The notes: a model not told the origin generated them from the sequence alone. A DNA stretch of 64,000 nucleotides from Octopus vulgaris (GCA_951406725.2 OX597833.1:50220001-50284000); one strand, 5' to 3'; positions 1 to 13,735 are shown, counted from the first letter of the stretch. A program made the numbers and translations.

Positions 1-639
1 TTCCCAAACAATAACAAATTGAGTCGCGGATTCCATTCGCGACATTTATTCGAATTGAGGTATGCCTTAGAAAACGATATATCGATCGAGACAACGAGAG
101 ACCCCCTACGTGGTCATTCATCTCGCTTCTATAGCAATCCTCCTTTTTCTAAGAAGAGGAAAGATACATTGCATAATATAGTATTGAATATACAAAAAAT
201 GCAAAAAAAAAAACCAAACAAACAATACAAAACAAAAAAAAAGCATTGATTTGTAACGGTTGGAATGCTTTTGATATCTGCTGAAACAAAGGGCGAGCCG
301 GGTTCATACAACATCGACCTCGAAAACAACAGCCATAATAGATACCGATTTTGCTCATCATCAAGCCCGGCATCATTACCCTATAACAGTGGAATAATAT
401 CTGTATATTACATGTGCTGGTGGTGGTGTGTGTGTGTTGGCAGGGTTTGGTGGCGGCGGTGGTAGGTTTTTAACTTCTGATGGGAGTTGTAGGAACGTCG
501 TGACATACAGCGTACTGTGACATGCGGCGCAGCGCAGCTAATCCCTCTCCAGGTCTGAACATAAAACGATTTCTTTTACAGGGGAAGAGGATAACTAAGA
601 GGGAGAAGAGAGAGAAAGCGGAATCCATACCAGTATTAG

Positions 640-760
640 AGCTGGTATTTTATCAACCGCAACAGAATCAAAAGCAAAGCTGCTTTGATAGAATTTCAAC
701 TCGGAATACGAAGAGCCGCAAAAACACAAACAAGGCATTTTATCCGAGACTCTAACGACT
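640..760 (-). mobile_element. Degenerate SINE family B fragment
   Basis: ctggtattttatcaacc...gcaaag...gaatttcaactcgg resembles the reverse complement of the family B core (ctgagttcaaattcc...ctttgcctttcatcc...gataaa..agtaccag). Confidence 0.55.
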
Positions 761-949
761 CATACAAATAGCCTCATTAGTACTTCAATACATACATGGG
801 TTCATCTGTTCCAGAACAAGATGACACAGCAAGTCATCTGGAGCAGAATATTGCTGAAAATGGGTTCTCTTGGAGAGAGAAAGCAAATCCTTAATTTATA
901 CACTTCAAGTCATTAGGATATCTGAGACTATGAGATCAGTAGACACTAC

Positions 950-1115
950 ACGCATTTTTTTCTCTCCTTGTTTCTTTCTGTGTTCCTTTCCGTAAAAGAG
1001 CGTAGGCTCGAAACGTTAAAGACTTTTTTAATTCCCGAGCGTTATACAGATACATCTATTTGTTTTCTACACCACCTGTCTTCGTCTTTTGTTTTTTTTC
1101 GTGAATTCTCCCACT
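950..1115 (+). mobile_element. Penelope-like terminal-repeat fragment with degenerate hammerhead motif (986-1021)
   Basis: cttt-CCGTAAA-a-gagc-gtag-gctc-GAAAC-GTT-aaag; homologous to 24500-24660. Confidence 0.5.
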
Positions 1116-1247
1116 ATAATAATCAGCAAGACTACCCTAAAATTGAAAGGATGCTGAACAAAACAAGATGCTTTTCATTCAAAATCTTGCTACCAGGCAA
1201 GTGATCTGTCACAATTCATTCGAAATTAAAAAGGGAAAGAGAACATA

Positions 1248-1640
<393 letters not shown>

Positions 1641-2154
1641 CTCAGTGCGCCTTCACACAGTCTTTTTTTTTTTTTACAAAATTCACTTAAAAGGCATTGA
1701 CCGACTCATGGCTAAAGACACTGGCTGAAGGTGCCACGTAGGAGAACTGAACCTAAAACTACGTGAATGCAAAGCAATCTCCTTAACCATACATCCATTT
1801 GTATCTATTTATAATATAGAGACTGCATTTCTGTGTGCACATGTTTGTGTATGCTTGAATGTGTGTATGTTATAAATGTGAGTATGCACGTACGTATAAT
1901 GTAAGTATGTATGAATGTATGTATGTATGTATGTATGTATGTATGTATGTATGTATGTATGTATGTATGTATAACATGTATCCATCCGTCGGTCAAATCA
2001 TCTCATTGTTTCCAAAACTCTAGATGATAAAAATCCAATTCGCAATAATTTGCGTCTACACATTTTTACCTATTCAATAAATTAATAAAATACATTATTA
2101 TTTTAATTGATTCCAGAGGGCCACACACAAACTAACGATCAGAGATTTGATATT

Positions 2155-2194
<40 letters not shown>

Positions 2195-2584
2195 TGTATG
2201 CTTCCATCACTCTTTCTCCATCTTATTTACTATTTTTTGCAATAGACGTCCGAGCTTGGAGGATGAGGGATAAAATAAAAATCGATGCTTTCTGAAGGAG
2301 CAGCAGCCACGACCACAACAATGTGATCCCAACGATCTGATGTCGCTATGGTATGAGAAATGAAGACAAGCAGTCTCTCATAATAGGGATTGAAAACTAG
2401 ATATTGATGCAGTAGTGTGTGTGTTCGCTCGTAAGGACGGTTGGTTGATAGGAGGTTAAAACGTAGCGAATTGGGAAATAAAATGTAAGTACACAGAGCG
2501 AGTATGGAAACGGATTTTACTTAAAAGCAGGAAAAACAAATGTAGTAGAAAGAAATGATATGTAATAAAAGATACTCATGTGAG

Positions 2585-2608
2585 CATATATGTATATATA
2601 TATATGTA

Positions 2609-2661
<53 letters not shown>

Positions 2662-2838
2662 GAGTGCGTGATATATAGCCATTTGTGTATGTGGCGTATA
2701 CTGTAACAATATTGAAGATGAGCATATCTATCTATCTATCTATCTATCTATCTGTCTCTCTCTCTCTCTCTCTTTCTGTATATATATATATATATATATA
2801 TATGGGTGTATATATATATGTGTGTGTGTATATATATT

Positions 2839-2893
<55 letters not shown>

Positions 2894-2894
2894 G

Positions 2895-2967
<73 letters not shown>

Positions 2968-3170
2968 ATATATATATATACCCATATATATGTGTGTGTA
3001 TGTGTTTTACATACATACATGCATTTCATATATATATATATCGTACACATAAGCATACCTACACCCATTTACTTACGCATTCATCCTTGCATACATCCGC
3101 ATATACATGCACACATACATACATACATGCATACATGCATACATAAATACATACATACATACATACATTC
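2585..3170. repeat. Compound microsatellite block (TA, TG, ATCT, CT, ATAC)
   Basis: Directly visible. Confidence 0.95.
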
Positions 3171-3841
3171 ACCCAGAAGGGCATAAATGAACGGGAAAAT
3201 TAAACTGTTTAAATTAAGAAAAGTTAATTACAGGATTACACTAAATTAATTGTGACTGAGAATACACCTAATATCAAATAAACGTAACAATTAATTTCAC
3301 ATTTAATTTTTACAATTCAATGCTTTTTATTTTCTCATTAAAAATATAATTATTGATATTTTCTCAAAAAATAAAATATTAGCTTGATATTTTTAATGCT
3401 AGATATTTATTATGCAATCCGTCTTGATATCCAGATATCTCTAAATTTTGTCATATCTCATCGAAGCAAATTATATATTCCGTGTGCTTTTCACATTAAG
3501 TGTCCGTAGTATCTATATGTATACATAAAAAAAAACAACTGAAATATCGCTCTCAGAACGAACGTGCAGGTTCGGTTCACAATGTGGGAATGTGATTGCG
3601 TATTTATAAAGATATATATGTGTGTGTGTGTTTGCGGTTTTCTCTGAGTGAGTGTTTTAGGGAACACACCCAATCACGTACACACACACACATAGACACA
3701 CACATGCGCGCTCACACACACATCTATACATAGAGCGAGAGAAAGACAGATAATGTGAGATGCATAGATACATGCATATATATATGTATATACACATGTA
3801 TGTAAATTTGTAATATATATGTAAATTATTTTTGTGTATAT

Positions 3842-4238
3842 AGTGGCTGTGTGGTAAGTAGATTGCTTACCAACGACATGGTTCAGGGTTCAGTCCTCCT
3901 GTATGGCACCTTGGACAAGCGACTTCTACTATAGCCTCAGGCCAACCAAAGCTTTGTGAGTGGATTTGGTAGACGGAAACTGAAAGAAGCCCGTCGTATA
4001 TATGTATATGTTTATATATGTGTGTGTGTGTCTGTGTGTCTGTGTTTGTCCCCCCTCCCCAACATCTCTTGATAACCGATGCTGGTGTTTACGTCCCCGT
4101 AACTTAGCGGGTCGGCGAAAGAAACCGATAAAATAAGTACTAGGCTTACAAAGAATAAGTCTTGGGGTCGATTTGTTCGACTAAAGGCGGTGCTCCAGCA
4201 TGGCCACCGTCAAATGACTGAAACAAGTAAAAAGAGTA
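3842..4238 (+). mobile_element. SINE family A, near full length
   Basis: Head agtggctgtgtggtaagtag, internal TA/TG tract, 3' end caaatgactgaaacaagtaaaaagag. Confidence 0.9.
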
Positions 4239-4262
4239 TATATGTATAGGTGTATATATGTA

Positions 4263-4341
<79 letters not shown>

Positions 4342-4769
4342 TTCTTGTGTATCTGTCCGTATTCCGTCGGTCTGTCAGTCTCTGTGACAGGCCTCTATTT
4401 TCAAGTTTGGTCAACTCTTAAAACACACAGTCGTATATCAGACGTGATAGGTCAGCGGGTATTAATGTATATAGAGAGTAGTAAATATTTAACCCTTCAG
4501 CACGCACACACACACGAACACACACACACACAGGCATGCAGTGACACACAAACACATGCAGTTGCACACATACACACACACACACACAGACAGACATATA
4601 TATTTATACACGCATTGTTTGAACAAATATGACGTAATCAGACGTCTGTCGTATGGAATTTAAATGAATTATTTATAACTGTCGTCAACGCAATCGTGTA
4701 CACTTCAACACACTGCTGACATATTGGCAGAGACACCCAAGCCACCCATATGCGTACGCATGCATATAC

Positions 4770-5551
4770 GGGTGTGTATGTGTATTTCTGTACGGCGTAG
4801 ATGTGTGTGTGTGTAATTATCTATGTATGCATGTCAGTGTGTGTCTCTATATGTATGCAGGCATGTGTGTGTGTCTGTATGTATATGTTTATATGCATTT
4901 ATGCATTTATGCACGTGTATATATATATATATATATATATATATGTGCTTTTGTGTGTGTATGTGTCTGTATGTATGCATATGTGTGTCTGTGTATGTAG
5001 ACGTGTATGTGTGTCTATGTGTGTATGCATGTATGTGAATGTATATGTACATATGCATTTATGCACGTGTGTATACATATATATACATATATATTTTTAT
5101 ATATATATATATATTCATATGTGTGTATGTATGCATATATGTGTGTGCATGTATGTATATGTACATATGTATTTATGCACGTGTGTATACATATATATAT
5201 ATACATACATATATATATATATAATACAATATGTATACATATATGAAGATAAGTACATATATATATGTGTATGTGTACGTATGGTTGTGTATGTATATAT
5301 ACATTTCGCATACACATACACATATGTATACATATGCATATTTATACATAAATAAATACACACACACACACTTTGAGTGTGTATGCAAACATTTGTATAC
5401 AGCCACATATACGGACATGCGTATGGACATAAAATCAGTTGTGTTGAGAACTAACACGAAATAGCTGGTGCCCCACGAAGGCACATACGTGACAACACAT
5501 ACACATATACACATAATATGCACATTAATACACATTCATTGTAATCCACAG

Positions 5552-5582
<31 letters not shown>

Positions 5583-5620
5583 CATCCATATGCACACAGA
5601 CATACACATACATCCAATCA
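4770..5620. repeat. Degenerate TA/TG/CA microsatellite region with a recurring atttatgcacgtgt unit
   Basis: Low-complexity sequence; the motif recurs near 4905, 5056 and 5170. Confidence 0.85.
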
Positions 5621-6154
5621 CACACAAACACATTGACCGTTGACTCGTACATATATACACAGGTACGCGTTCACCGTAATTCGTGAAACAAGGACACACA
5701 TGACGGCTCATTTCACATACTTGGCTTTCGTCTACTCCCTCCCTTCTCTGCTCGTCTCCTCGTCTCCTCGTCGTCAACCCCGCCACGCATCGAACACGGG
5801 GTTCAGCTTTCATTATTAACTCGGGACATCATCAAAACCGCCATTTTACGAGAAGCTTTAATGCTACTCTTTTCCTCATTCTTGTTATTGCTCTTGCTGG
5901 TGCTGTTGTTAGTGTTGTTGTTGTTGTTTTATTGTCGTTGGTGTTCCGTTCTAGTTGTTTGTTGTTGTTTGTTGGTGTTGTTGCTGTTGTTGTGTACGTT
6001 GTTATGTAATTATTACAGCTGTTACGTCCGAACATTTTTGGTGTGGAAGCTACGAGATTGGCAATAAAACAAGTCTTGTACTTCGTCAAAAGAAATCACC
6101 ATCACTGCCTCCTCGTTTCCCACCCCACCCCCTCCTCCTCCTCCTCCTCCGCTT

Positions 6155-6510
6155 GATGACGATGATGATGATGATGATGACGATGCTGACGATCACCATC
6201 GTCTTCATTACTACAAGTATCATCATCAGCACAACTACCGTCATCATCATCATCATCATCACCATCACAATGATCATGATCATCATCTTCACCACCACCA
6301 CCACCATCATCATAATCATCATAATCATCGTCATCATCGTCATCGTCATCACCATTATTATCACCATCACCATCATCATCATCGTCGTCATCATCGTCAT
6401 CATCATCATCACCATTATCATCACCATCATCATCATCATCATAATCATCATCACCATCACCATCATCATCACTATCGTCATCATCGTCGTCATCATCACC
6501 ATCATCATCA
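6155..6510. repeat. (GAT)n followed by degenerate (CAT/CAC/CGT)n trinucleotide repeat
   Basis: Directly visible; source of the poly-I/M/D ORFs. Confidence 0.95.
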
Positions 6511-6518
6511 CTTTGAAA

Positions 6519-6627
6519 CATATCACTTTGAATACATCGGTTCTCGTCCGATCACCGCAGTTAAGCAACATCGAGCCTAGTTAGTACTTAGGTGGGTGAC
6601 CGCTCGGGAAACCTAGGTGCTGTAAGC
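6519..6627 (+). pseudogene. 5S: 5S rRNA pseudogene lacking about 9 nt at the 5' end
   Basis: catatcactttgaatacatcggttctcgtccgatcaccgcagttaagcaacatcgagcctagttagtacttaggtgggtgaccgctcgggaaacctaggtgctgtaagc matches metazoan 5S rRNA, including box A (agttaagcaac) and a variant box C; single copy, no T4 terminator. Confidence 0.9.
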
Positions 6628-6636
6628 GTCTTTCTA

Positions 6637-6813
6637 GGCGCCGGAGTGGCTGTGTGGTAAGTAGCTTGCTTACCAACCACATGGTTCCGGATTCAGTCCC
6701 ACTGCGTGGCACCTTGGGCAAGTGTCTTCTACTATAGCCTCGAGCCGGCTAAAGCACTGTGAGTGGATTTGGTTCACGGAAACTGAAAGAAGCCCGTTGT
6801 ATATATGTATATG

Positions 6814-6850
<37 letters not shown>

Positions 6851-7069
6851 TTGTGTGTATGTGTTTGTCACCCCATTATCGCTTGACAACCGATACTGGT
6901 GTGTTTACGTCCCCATAACTTAGCGATTCGGCAAAGTGAACGATGTGAACGATAGAATAAGTACTAGGCTTACAAAGAATAAGTTCTAGGGTCAATTTGC
7001 TCGACTAAAGGCGATGCTCCAGCATGACCGCAGTCAAATGACTGAAACAAGTAAAAGAGTAAAAGAGTA
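6637..7069 (+). mobile_element. SINE family A, full length
   Basis: ggcgccggagtggctgtgtggtaag head through the (gtaaaaga)n tail. Confidence 0.92.
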
Positions 7070-7248
7070 AGCGATATCCATAATCCAGCTTTGACCACGA
7101 ACCATATATGAGAGAGAGAGAGAGAGGGGGGGAGAGTATGCGCACACAGGTGTGTGTATGTGTATGAGTATGCATGAGAGTATCCGAGCATGGACAGAAA
7201 CAGATGTAGCCCTTTCAATTTTTTATACTATTTCTCTTTCTCCCTCTT

Positions 7249-7682
7249 ATGGTTCTTGGTCTCAAGCAATTGTCTTATGAAGAAAGGCTGAAAACGCTCG
7301 ACCTTTATTCTCTAGAAAAACGACGACGCCGTGGTGATCTCATTCTTGCTCAAAACATCATAAGCGGAAAGTGTAACCTCTCGAAAGAGCTGTTCTTCAC
7401 TCCTGCTCCAAAGCGTCGGCTGCGGGGTCACTCCGAAAAGCTCTATCTGCAACGATTTCGTCTCAATCGAAGGAGACGGGCTTTCTCCGTCCGGGTTGCG
7501 GATCCGTGGAATAAGCTGCCGGACGAGATAGTGAAGATGCCGACGACCGCTCGGTTCAAAGCCTCTCTTGACCAGAAATAGCCTGAACTCTTTGCATGAA
7601 CACCCCTGTACATAACTCCATGTCCCCCTACATGGCCTTGCTTTTTGCTTTTTGAGCCAAGAAATTAACTTAACTTAACTTA
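7249..7682 (+). mobile_element. 5'-truncated CR1/L2-type LINE: ORF2 C-terminus, 3'UTR and (TTAAC)n tail
   Basis: Peptide GLKQLSYEERLKTLDLYSLEKRRRRGDLI...RLRGH...AFSVRVADPWNKLP is the typical CR1-clade post-RT C-terminus; TAG at 7579-7581 is probably premature; ends aaattaacttaacttaactta. Confidence 0.88.
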
Positions 7683-7722
7683 TCTATCTTTCTGTCTCGA
7701 CCATTAATGTATTCTAAAAATG

Positions 7723-7787
<65 letters not shown>

Positions 7788-8030
7788 CTCACACACACGC
7801 ACCTCACCACCGATATACGTATTTATATGTCTATAAATACAGTCAAACGTAAACCAATGCAGTTAAAATTTAACACCTTTAGATAGCTTTAAGATAATTA
7901 AACCTACGCGTGTATATAAACTTGATACGTATACTGATACAGAAAACACATGGTCAGTCTTATACTGTCATGTGAAGCAGACGTGTTTATTCCCTAAGAT
8001 TTTACAAAAGGTACTATAATGTCTACGAAG

Positions 8031-8432
8031 ATGTGTGGTAAGTAGCTTGCTAACCAACCACATGGTTCCGGGTTCTGTCCCACTGCGTGGCATCTTGGGC
8101 AAGTGTTTTCTGCTATAGCCCCCGAGCCGACCAAAGCCTTGTGAGTGGATTTGGTAGACGGAAACTGAAAGAAGCCTGTCGTATATATGTATATGTATAT
8201 GTATGTGTGTGTATGTGTGTGTGTTTGTGTGTCTGTGTTTGTCCCCCTAGCATTGCTTGACAACCGATGCTGGTGTGTTTACGTCCTCGTCACTTAGCGG
8301 TTCGGCAAAAAAGACCGATAGAATAAGTACTGGGCTTACGAAGAATAAGTCCTGGGGTCGATTTGCTCGACTAAAGGCGGTGCTCCAACATGGCCGCAGT
8401 CAAATGACTGAAACAAGTAAAAGAGTAAAAGA
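8031..8432 (+). mobile_element. SINE family A
   Basis: Matches the other family A copies including the tail. Confidence 0.92.
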
Positions 8433-8473
8433 GAGAGAGAGAGAGTATCTATGATTTAAACCATAGGTTATCA

Positions 8474-8636
8474 GTGGCTGTGTGGTCAGTAGCTTGCTTA
8501 TCAACCACATGGTTCCGGGTTCAGTCCCACTGCGTGGCTTCTTGGGCAAGTGTCGTCTGCTATGGCGTCGGGCCAACCAAAGCATTTGTAAGTGGATTTG
8601 GTGGACGGAACCTGAAAGTAGCCCGTCGTATATATG

Positions 8637-8719
<83 letters not shown>

Positions 8720-8868
8720 GTGTGTTTTTGTGTGTCTGTGGTTCGGCAAAAGAGACCGATAGAATAAGTACTAGGCTTACAAAGAATAAGTCCTGGGGTC
8801 GATTTGCTCGTTTAAAGGCGGTGCTCCGGCATGGCCACAGTCAAATGACTGAAACAAGTAAAAGAGTA
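8474..8868 (+). mobile_element. SINE family A with internal deletion and expanded TA tract
   Basis: Head, then TA/TG tract joined directly to ggttcggcaaaagagaccgat; the ttgtcccc...cttagc segment is missing. Confidence 0.9.
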
Positions 8869-9297
8869 GAAATAAAAACATTTCATTTTACGTTGTTCCA
8901 ATCTAGTGACAGATCAGCATGCTGTCCATTGGGGCAGGACATATACATGACAGAATTCGGGAAACCGGTCTTATGAGCCTATGGCTTTTTTTTTTCTAAG
9001 GTATAACACGATTGCCACCACTACATATGGCAGATCCGTTAGAGCGTGGGTGTTTGTTCTCGCTCGCTGTGTTCTGAGTTTTAACACTGCTGAGATCAAA
9101 TTCATTTTGCATCCTTTCACCAGTGCGGACGATAGATTGGTGGAACAATCAAAGCGTCGATGGAGCCAAGCTGCTCTTTTAGTTCCAGCCTTCTACATTC
9201 CGAGTTCAATTTCCGTCTCCATCAGGGTTAATCACACGATAATGCGTATAATCCGTCCATCTCTCAATTGGCTAACGTGGACCGGTAAAATGTAAAG

Positions 9298-9400
9298 ACA
9301 CGTGGCCTAGTGGTTAGGGGGTTCCATTCCTGATCACATGGTCGTGGGTTCACTATATGGACTAGGCAGCAAGTTATGTTTCTAGATAGCCATGGGCAAA
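9298..9400 (+). mobile_element. Degenerate tRNA-derived SINE head (family C-like)
   Basis: cacgtggcctagtggttagg (A box) ... gggttcact (B-box-like). Confidence 0.55.
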
Positions 9401-9499
9401 CGGCGGCACGCGGAACTTTCTGAATGGCACGCCTAACGCAAAATGTATCTTGCATATTTTTAGTTGAAAGGCTCGCCTGATGGTGAGCCGTATCTAATT

Positions 9500-9830
9500 G
9501 TAGTGGTGGTGATGGTGGTGGTGGTGGCGATGGTGTTGGTATTGGCGTTTGTGGCGGTGGTGGTGGTGCTGTTGGTGTTGTTGTTGAAGGTGATGGTGCT
9601 GGTGTTGGTGTCAGTGGTGTTGGCGTTTGGGGCGATGGTGGTTGTGCTGTTGGTGTTGTTGTTGTTGGTGGTGGTGTTGTTGGTGATGGTGGTGGTGGTG
9701 GTGGTGGTAGGAGTTACCAAAAAGGAAGTTGGTGGCGGTACTGGCGGAGCTGTTGGTGGCGCAGTCAGCCTCACTACGACGGGTGGCGGTGCTGGTGATG
9801 GTGCTGGTGGTGTTGGCGTTGATAGTTGAT
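9500..9830. repeat. Degenerate (GGT/GTT/GCT)n trinucleotide region
   Basis: Directly visible. Confidence 0.85.
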
Positions 9831-10459
9831 GTGGCAAAAGTAGCCACCATAATGGTTCGTTGAATGGCGGTGGTTGAACGCTGCTGCGAACGTTGTTAAT
9901 GTTTTGAATGCCGTGAGGGGCAGCCATGACAGCAGCAAGCAGATGTCATATGTCACAAACAATGGGCAAAGCTGAGACGGAGAATGGGGTGTTAAATATA
10001 TAGAACAAGAGAACGACTCCGGGTGACATGGACAACAGCCACTTCACGTTTGAATATGGTTATTTGTCCAGGGACTTGTTTGCCTACTGAAGTACTGTTG
10101 GCGTTTTAAAGGTGTTACTAGCGGTGGGTGAAGATGGGAAGTAATGGTAGTGGTAGCAGCAGCAGCATTAGTTTTAGTAGTAGTAGTGGTAGTAGTAGTA
10201 GTAGTAGTAGTGGGGGTGCGGGGTGGGGGTTGCGGGAGTGAGATGGCGAAAGAGGTGGCGGGTTTATTTGAGGCAGGTTGAGAAGGAAAGGAAGGAAATG
10301 CAAACAGTCGGTGACACAGGAATAAAGGCTTAGATAAAGGTAAGAAGTTAGAGAGAGAGAGAACGACGGGTGGAGACGGGGTACAGAGTGAGTGTAGACA
10401 AACAGGCGAGGAGGGGGGGTCAGTACATACATACATACCTGCTTGCATATTCTCGCCAT

Positions 10460-10827
10460 ACACACACATACATAGAGACATACATACATACAAATATATA
10501 TACATATACATACATATATATATATATATACATACATATATATACATATACATACATATATATATATACATACATATATATACATATACATACATATATA
10601 TATATACATACATATATATACATATATATACATACATATATATACATATATATACATACATATACATACATATATATACATATATATACAGATATATACA
10701 TATATATACATACATATATATACATATATACATACATATATATACATATATATATACATATATATATATATACATATATATATATACATACATACATATA
10801 TATATATACATACATATATATATATAC

Positions 10828-10902
<75 letters not shown>

Positions 10903-10921
10903 CATACATATATATATATAC

Positions 10922-10961
<40 letters not shown>

Positions 10962-10965
10962 ATAC

Positions 10966-11005
<40 letters not shown>

Positions 11006-11041
11006 ATACATATATATATATACATATATATATACATACAG

Positions 11042-11095
<54 letters not shown>

Positions 11096-11096
11096 A

Positions 11097-11138
<42 letters not shown>

Positions 11139-11355
11139 CATACATACATACATATACATACATACATATATATACATACATATACATACATACATATATA
11201 TACATACATACATATATATATACATACATACATACATATATATACATACATACATATATATATACATACATACATATATATATATACATACATACATACA
11301 TATACATACATACATATATATATATATACATATGTATATATACATATATATATAT
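10460..11355. repeat. About 900-bp (TA)n/(TACA)n compound microsatellite
   Basis: Directly visible; source of the long Y/I/M/C ORFs. Confidence 0.97.
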
Positions 11356-11714
11356 GGACGTGTGTACGCACTCCAGGAGCCTAGATATTGGTAGGACAGA
11401 TAGAGATAAGCAGATAAAAAGAGAAAGAGCGATTTTTACGTAGGGTACTTGGAAAAAATTCAGACATAGAGACAAAGAACGGGGTGGGGGATAAAACTTG
11501 TAGGAATACAATGGAATGGAAGAGGTGGGATGTGAAACATGGGTTAAACAAAACGGAACAGAATAGAAATAGGAGAAAATGCATATAGGAGAATGGAGAG
11601 AAAGGAGAGAGGGTGAGGGGATGGGGAGAGAGGTGGAGAATGAAGATGAGAGGTGAGAGCAAAGCAGTAAATGAATAAACGATTAAACAAGGGATTAAAA
11701 GTGAAGAGAGAAAG

Positions 11715-11812
11715 TAATGTGTGTGTATGTGTGTGTGTGTGTATCTGTGTGTGTGTGTGTGTGTGTGTGAGTGTATAACGTCAGCTGTCAGTATGAACTG
11801 GTATACCTGTGA

Positions 11813-11851
<39 letters not shown>

Positions 11852-11875
11852 TATACACAATTGTTTATATGTGTG

Positions 11876-11919
<44 letters not shown>

Positions 11920-11967
11920 AATATATATATATATGTATATATATATCTGTGTGTGTGTGTTTACACT

Positions 11968-12013
<46 letters not shown>

Positions 12014-12110
12014 AATACTTGTGTATATATATATATGTGTGTATATATATATGTGTATATATATATATATATACACACACACACTTGTATATGTGTGTGC
12101 GTGTGTGTAT
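11715..12110. repeat. TG/TA compound microsatellite
   Basis: Directly visible. Confidence 0.95.
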
Positions 12111-12235
12111 AAAATAATGTACATATCCGTTTTATTTTAATCTTGTGTACACAACTGCTTAAACAACTACCGTATTTTAAGGAACTCTTTTTAAAACGAG
12201 TTTATCTCCATTTCTTCTTCTTCATTATCATCATG

Positions 12236-12277
<42 letters not shown>

Positions 12278-12749
12278 GTTGTTGTTGTTGTTGTTGCCGT
12301 TTTTATTTGCTGTTAGCGTACAATTTTTTTCTATTAACTTACAAGTTCTTTTCAATATGTCGAGGCAGTTCAACCACTATAAAATTGGCCACACGTATGA
12401 ATTGGCTGCTTAAGTGACGTCAATGAATCTATTCACGGGAACATTGGCTCACCGCGAATGCCCAATTCTTTGCAATTTAGCGTCAGTTGACTTAATAGAC
12501 GGAGCTCACGCGGGAGCAATTAATAAAGGGCTCTGACGCACTCGCAGGAGAAATTAGGGGGTTAGGAAATGTATTTTAATAGTTTCTCTTGTCATGTGTT
12601 GTGGGGTTTCTTGTAAGTTTAATTTAAATTCGAGCGTTTTTTTTTTTTTTGTAGTTGTTTACTGAGGATTTTCTAGTTTCTCGTTGTTCTCTTATTGTTA
12701 GCGATTTTGTTTGATTATGTTCCTATCATTATTAATATTGCGGAAAAAA

Positions 12750-13375
12750 GGCGAAGAGCTTGCGGTGTCGTTATCGTATCGGACGAAATGCTTAGCAGTA
12801 TTTCTTCCGTCCGAAGGCGGCGAGCTGGCAGAAATGTTAGCACGCCGGGCGAAATGCTGAGCAGTATTTCGTCTGCCGCTACGTTCTGAGTTCAGATTCC
12901 GCCGACATCGACTTTGCCTTTCATCCTTTCGGCTTCGATTAAATAAGTACCAGTTACGCACTGGGGTCGATATAATCGACTTAATCCGTTTGTCTGTCCT
13001 TGTTTGTTCCATCTGTGTTTAGCCCCTTGTGGGTAGTACAGAAATAGGTATTTCTTCTGGCTTTTTACGTCAAATCTTGCCAAGGTTAGTTTGCCTTTCT
13101 CCCTCTTGGGGTCGCTAAAATATGTACCAATGGATCACTGCGATCGATTGAATCGACTTTACCCCATCCCCCACCACTAAATTTCCTGGTCTTGTACCAA
13201 ATTTCGAAAGAAATATCAATTAGGAAGAATCATTAGCGTGCCGGACATAACGCATAGCGACATTTGTTCTGGTTCTTTATGTTCTGAGTTCAAATCCTGC
13301 TGTCGATTTTGTCTTTCTGCCATACGTGGTCGATAAAATAAAGTCCCAGTATATTACTTGGGGTTTATTTAATTC
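12750..13375 (+). mobile_element. Cluster of SINE family B copies; best copy 12816-13055
   Basis: ggcggcgagctggcagaaatgttagcacgccgggcgaaatgct..gtatttcgtc..ttctgagttc..gactttgcctttcatcc..aagtaccagttacgcactggggtcgat. Confidence 0.88.
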
Positions 13376-13436
13376 AAAAATAGAATTATCATTATTTCTA
13401 ATTCTCTCTAAAGGAGACTATGGCAGCGGTACTGGA

Positions 13437-13735
13437 TATTAATAGTTATCGCCAAGCTAACATGGCAGTCCAGATAAATAGGACGAATGCTGACGTTGAT
13501 TTGCTCCAAGAGGTCATCGCCTCTAGCTAGCTATATGACACACAAACCTGTATCCATTATAACCTTCGAACAGGGGAGGTCAGCAGCTTCCCCTTGCTGG
13601 TCTGGCATCCACAGACTAGTTTCGAGGTGTTTGCCACATAGCTAGCTAGAGGCGATGGCCTCTTGGAGCTAATCGACGGCAGCATTCGCCCAATTTATCT
13701 GGACTGCCATGTTAGCTTGGCAATAACTATTAATA
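13437..13735. mobile_element. Fold-back MITE with about 110-bp terminal inverted repeats
   Basis: tattaatagttatcgccaagctaacatggcagtccagataaat...ctctagctagctat is reverse-complementary to atagctagctagag...atttatctggactgccatgttagcttggcaataactattaata; TA at both ends. Confidence 0.85.

Noticed and set aside
9460-9927. Pro/Thr-rich 155-aa ORF and overlapping His/Gln-rich ORF
   Set aside because: Built on a degenerate GGT/GTT repeat, open in several frames, no recognisable domain; an exon cannot be fully excluded without RNA data
10044-11511. Long ORFs of 220-430 aa rich in Y/I/M/C/V/H/T, and the many similar ORFs across the window
   Set aside because: Translations of TA/TG/TACA microsatellites, which lack stop codons in several frames
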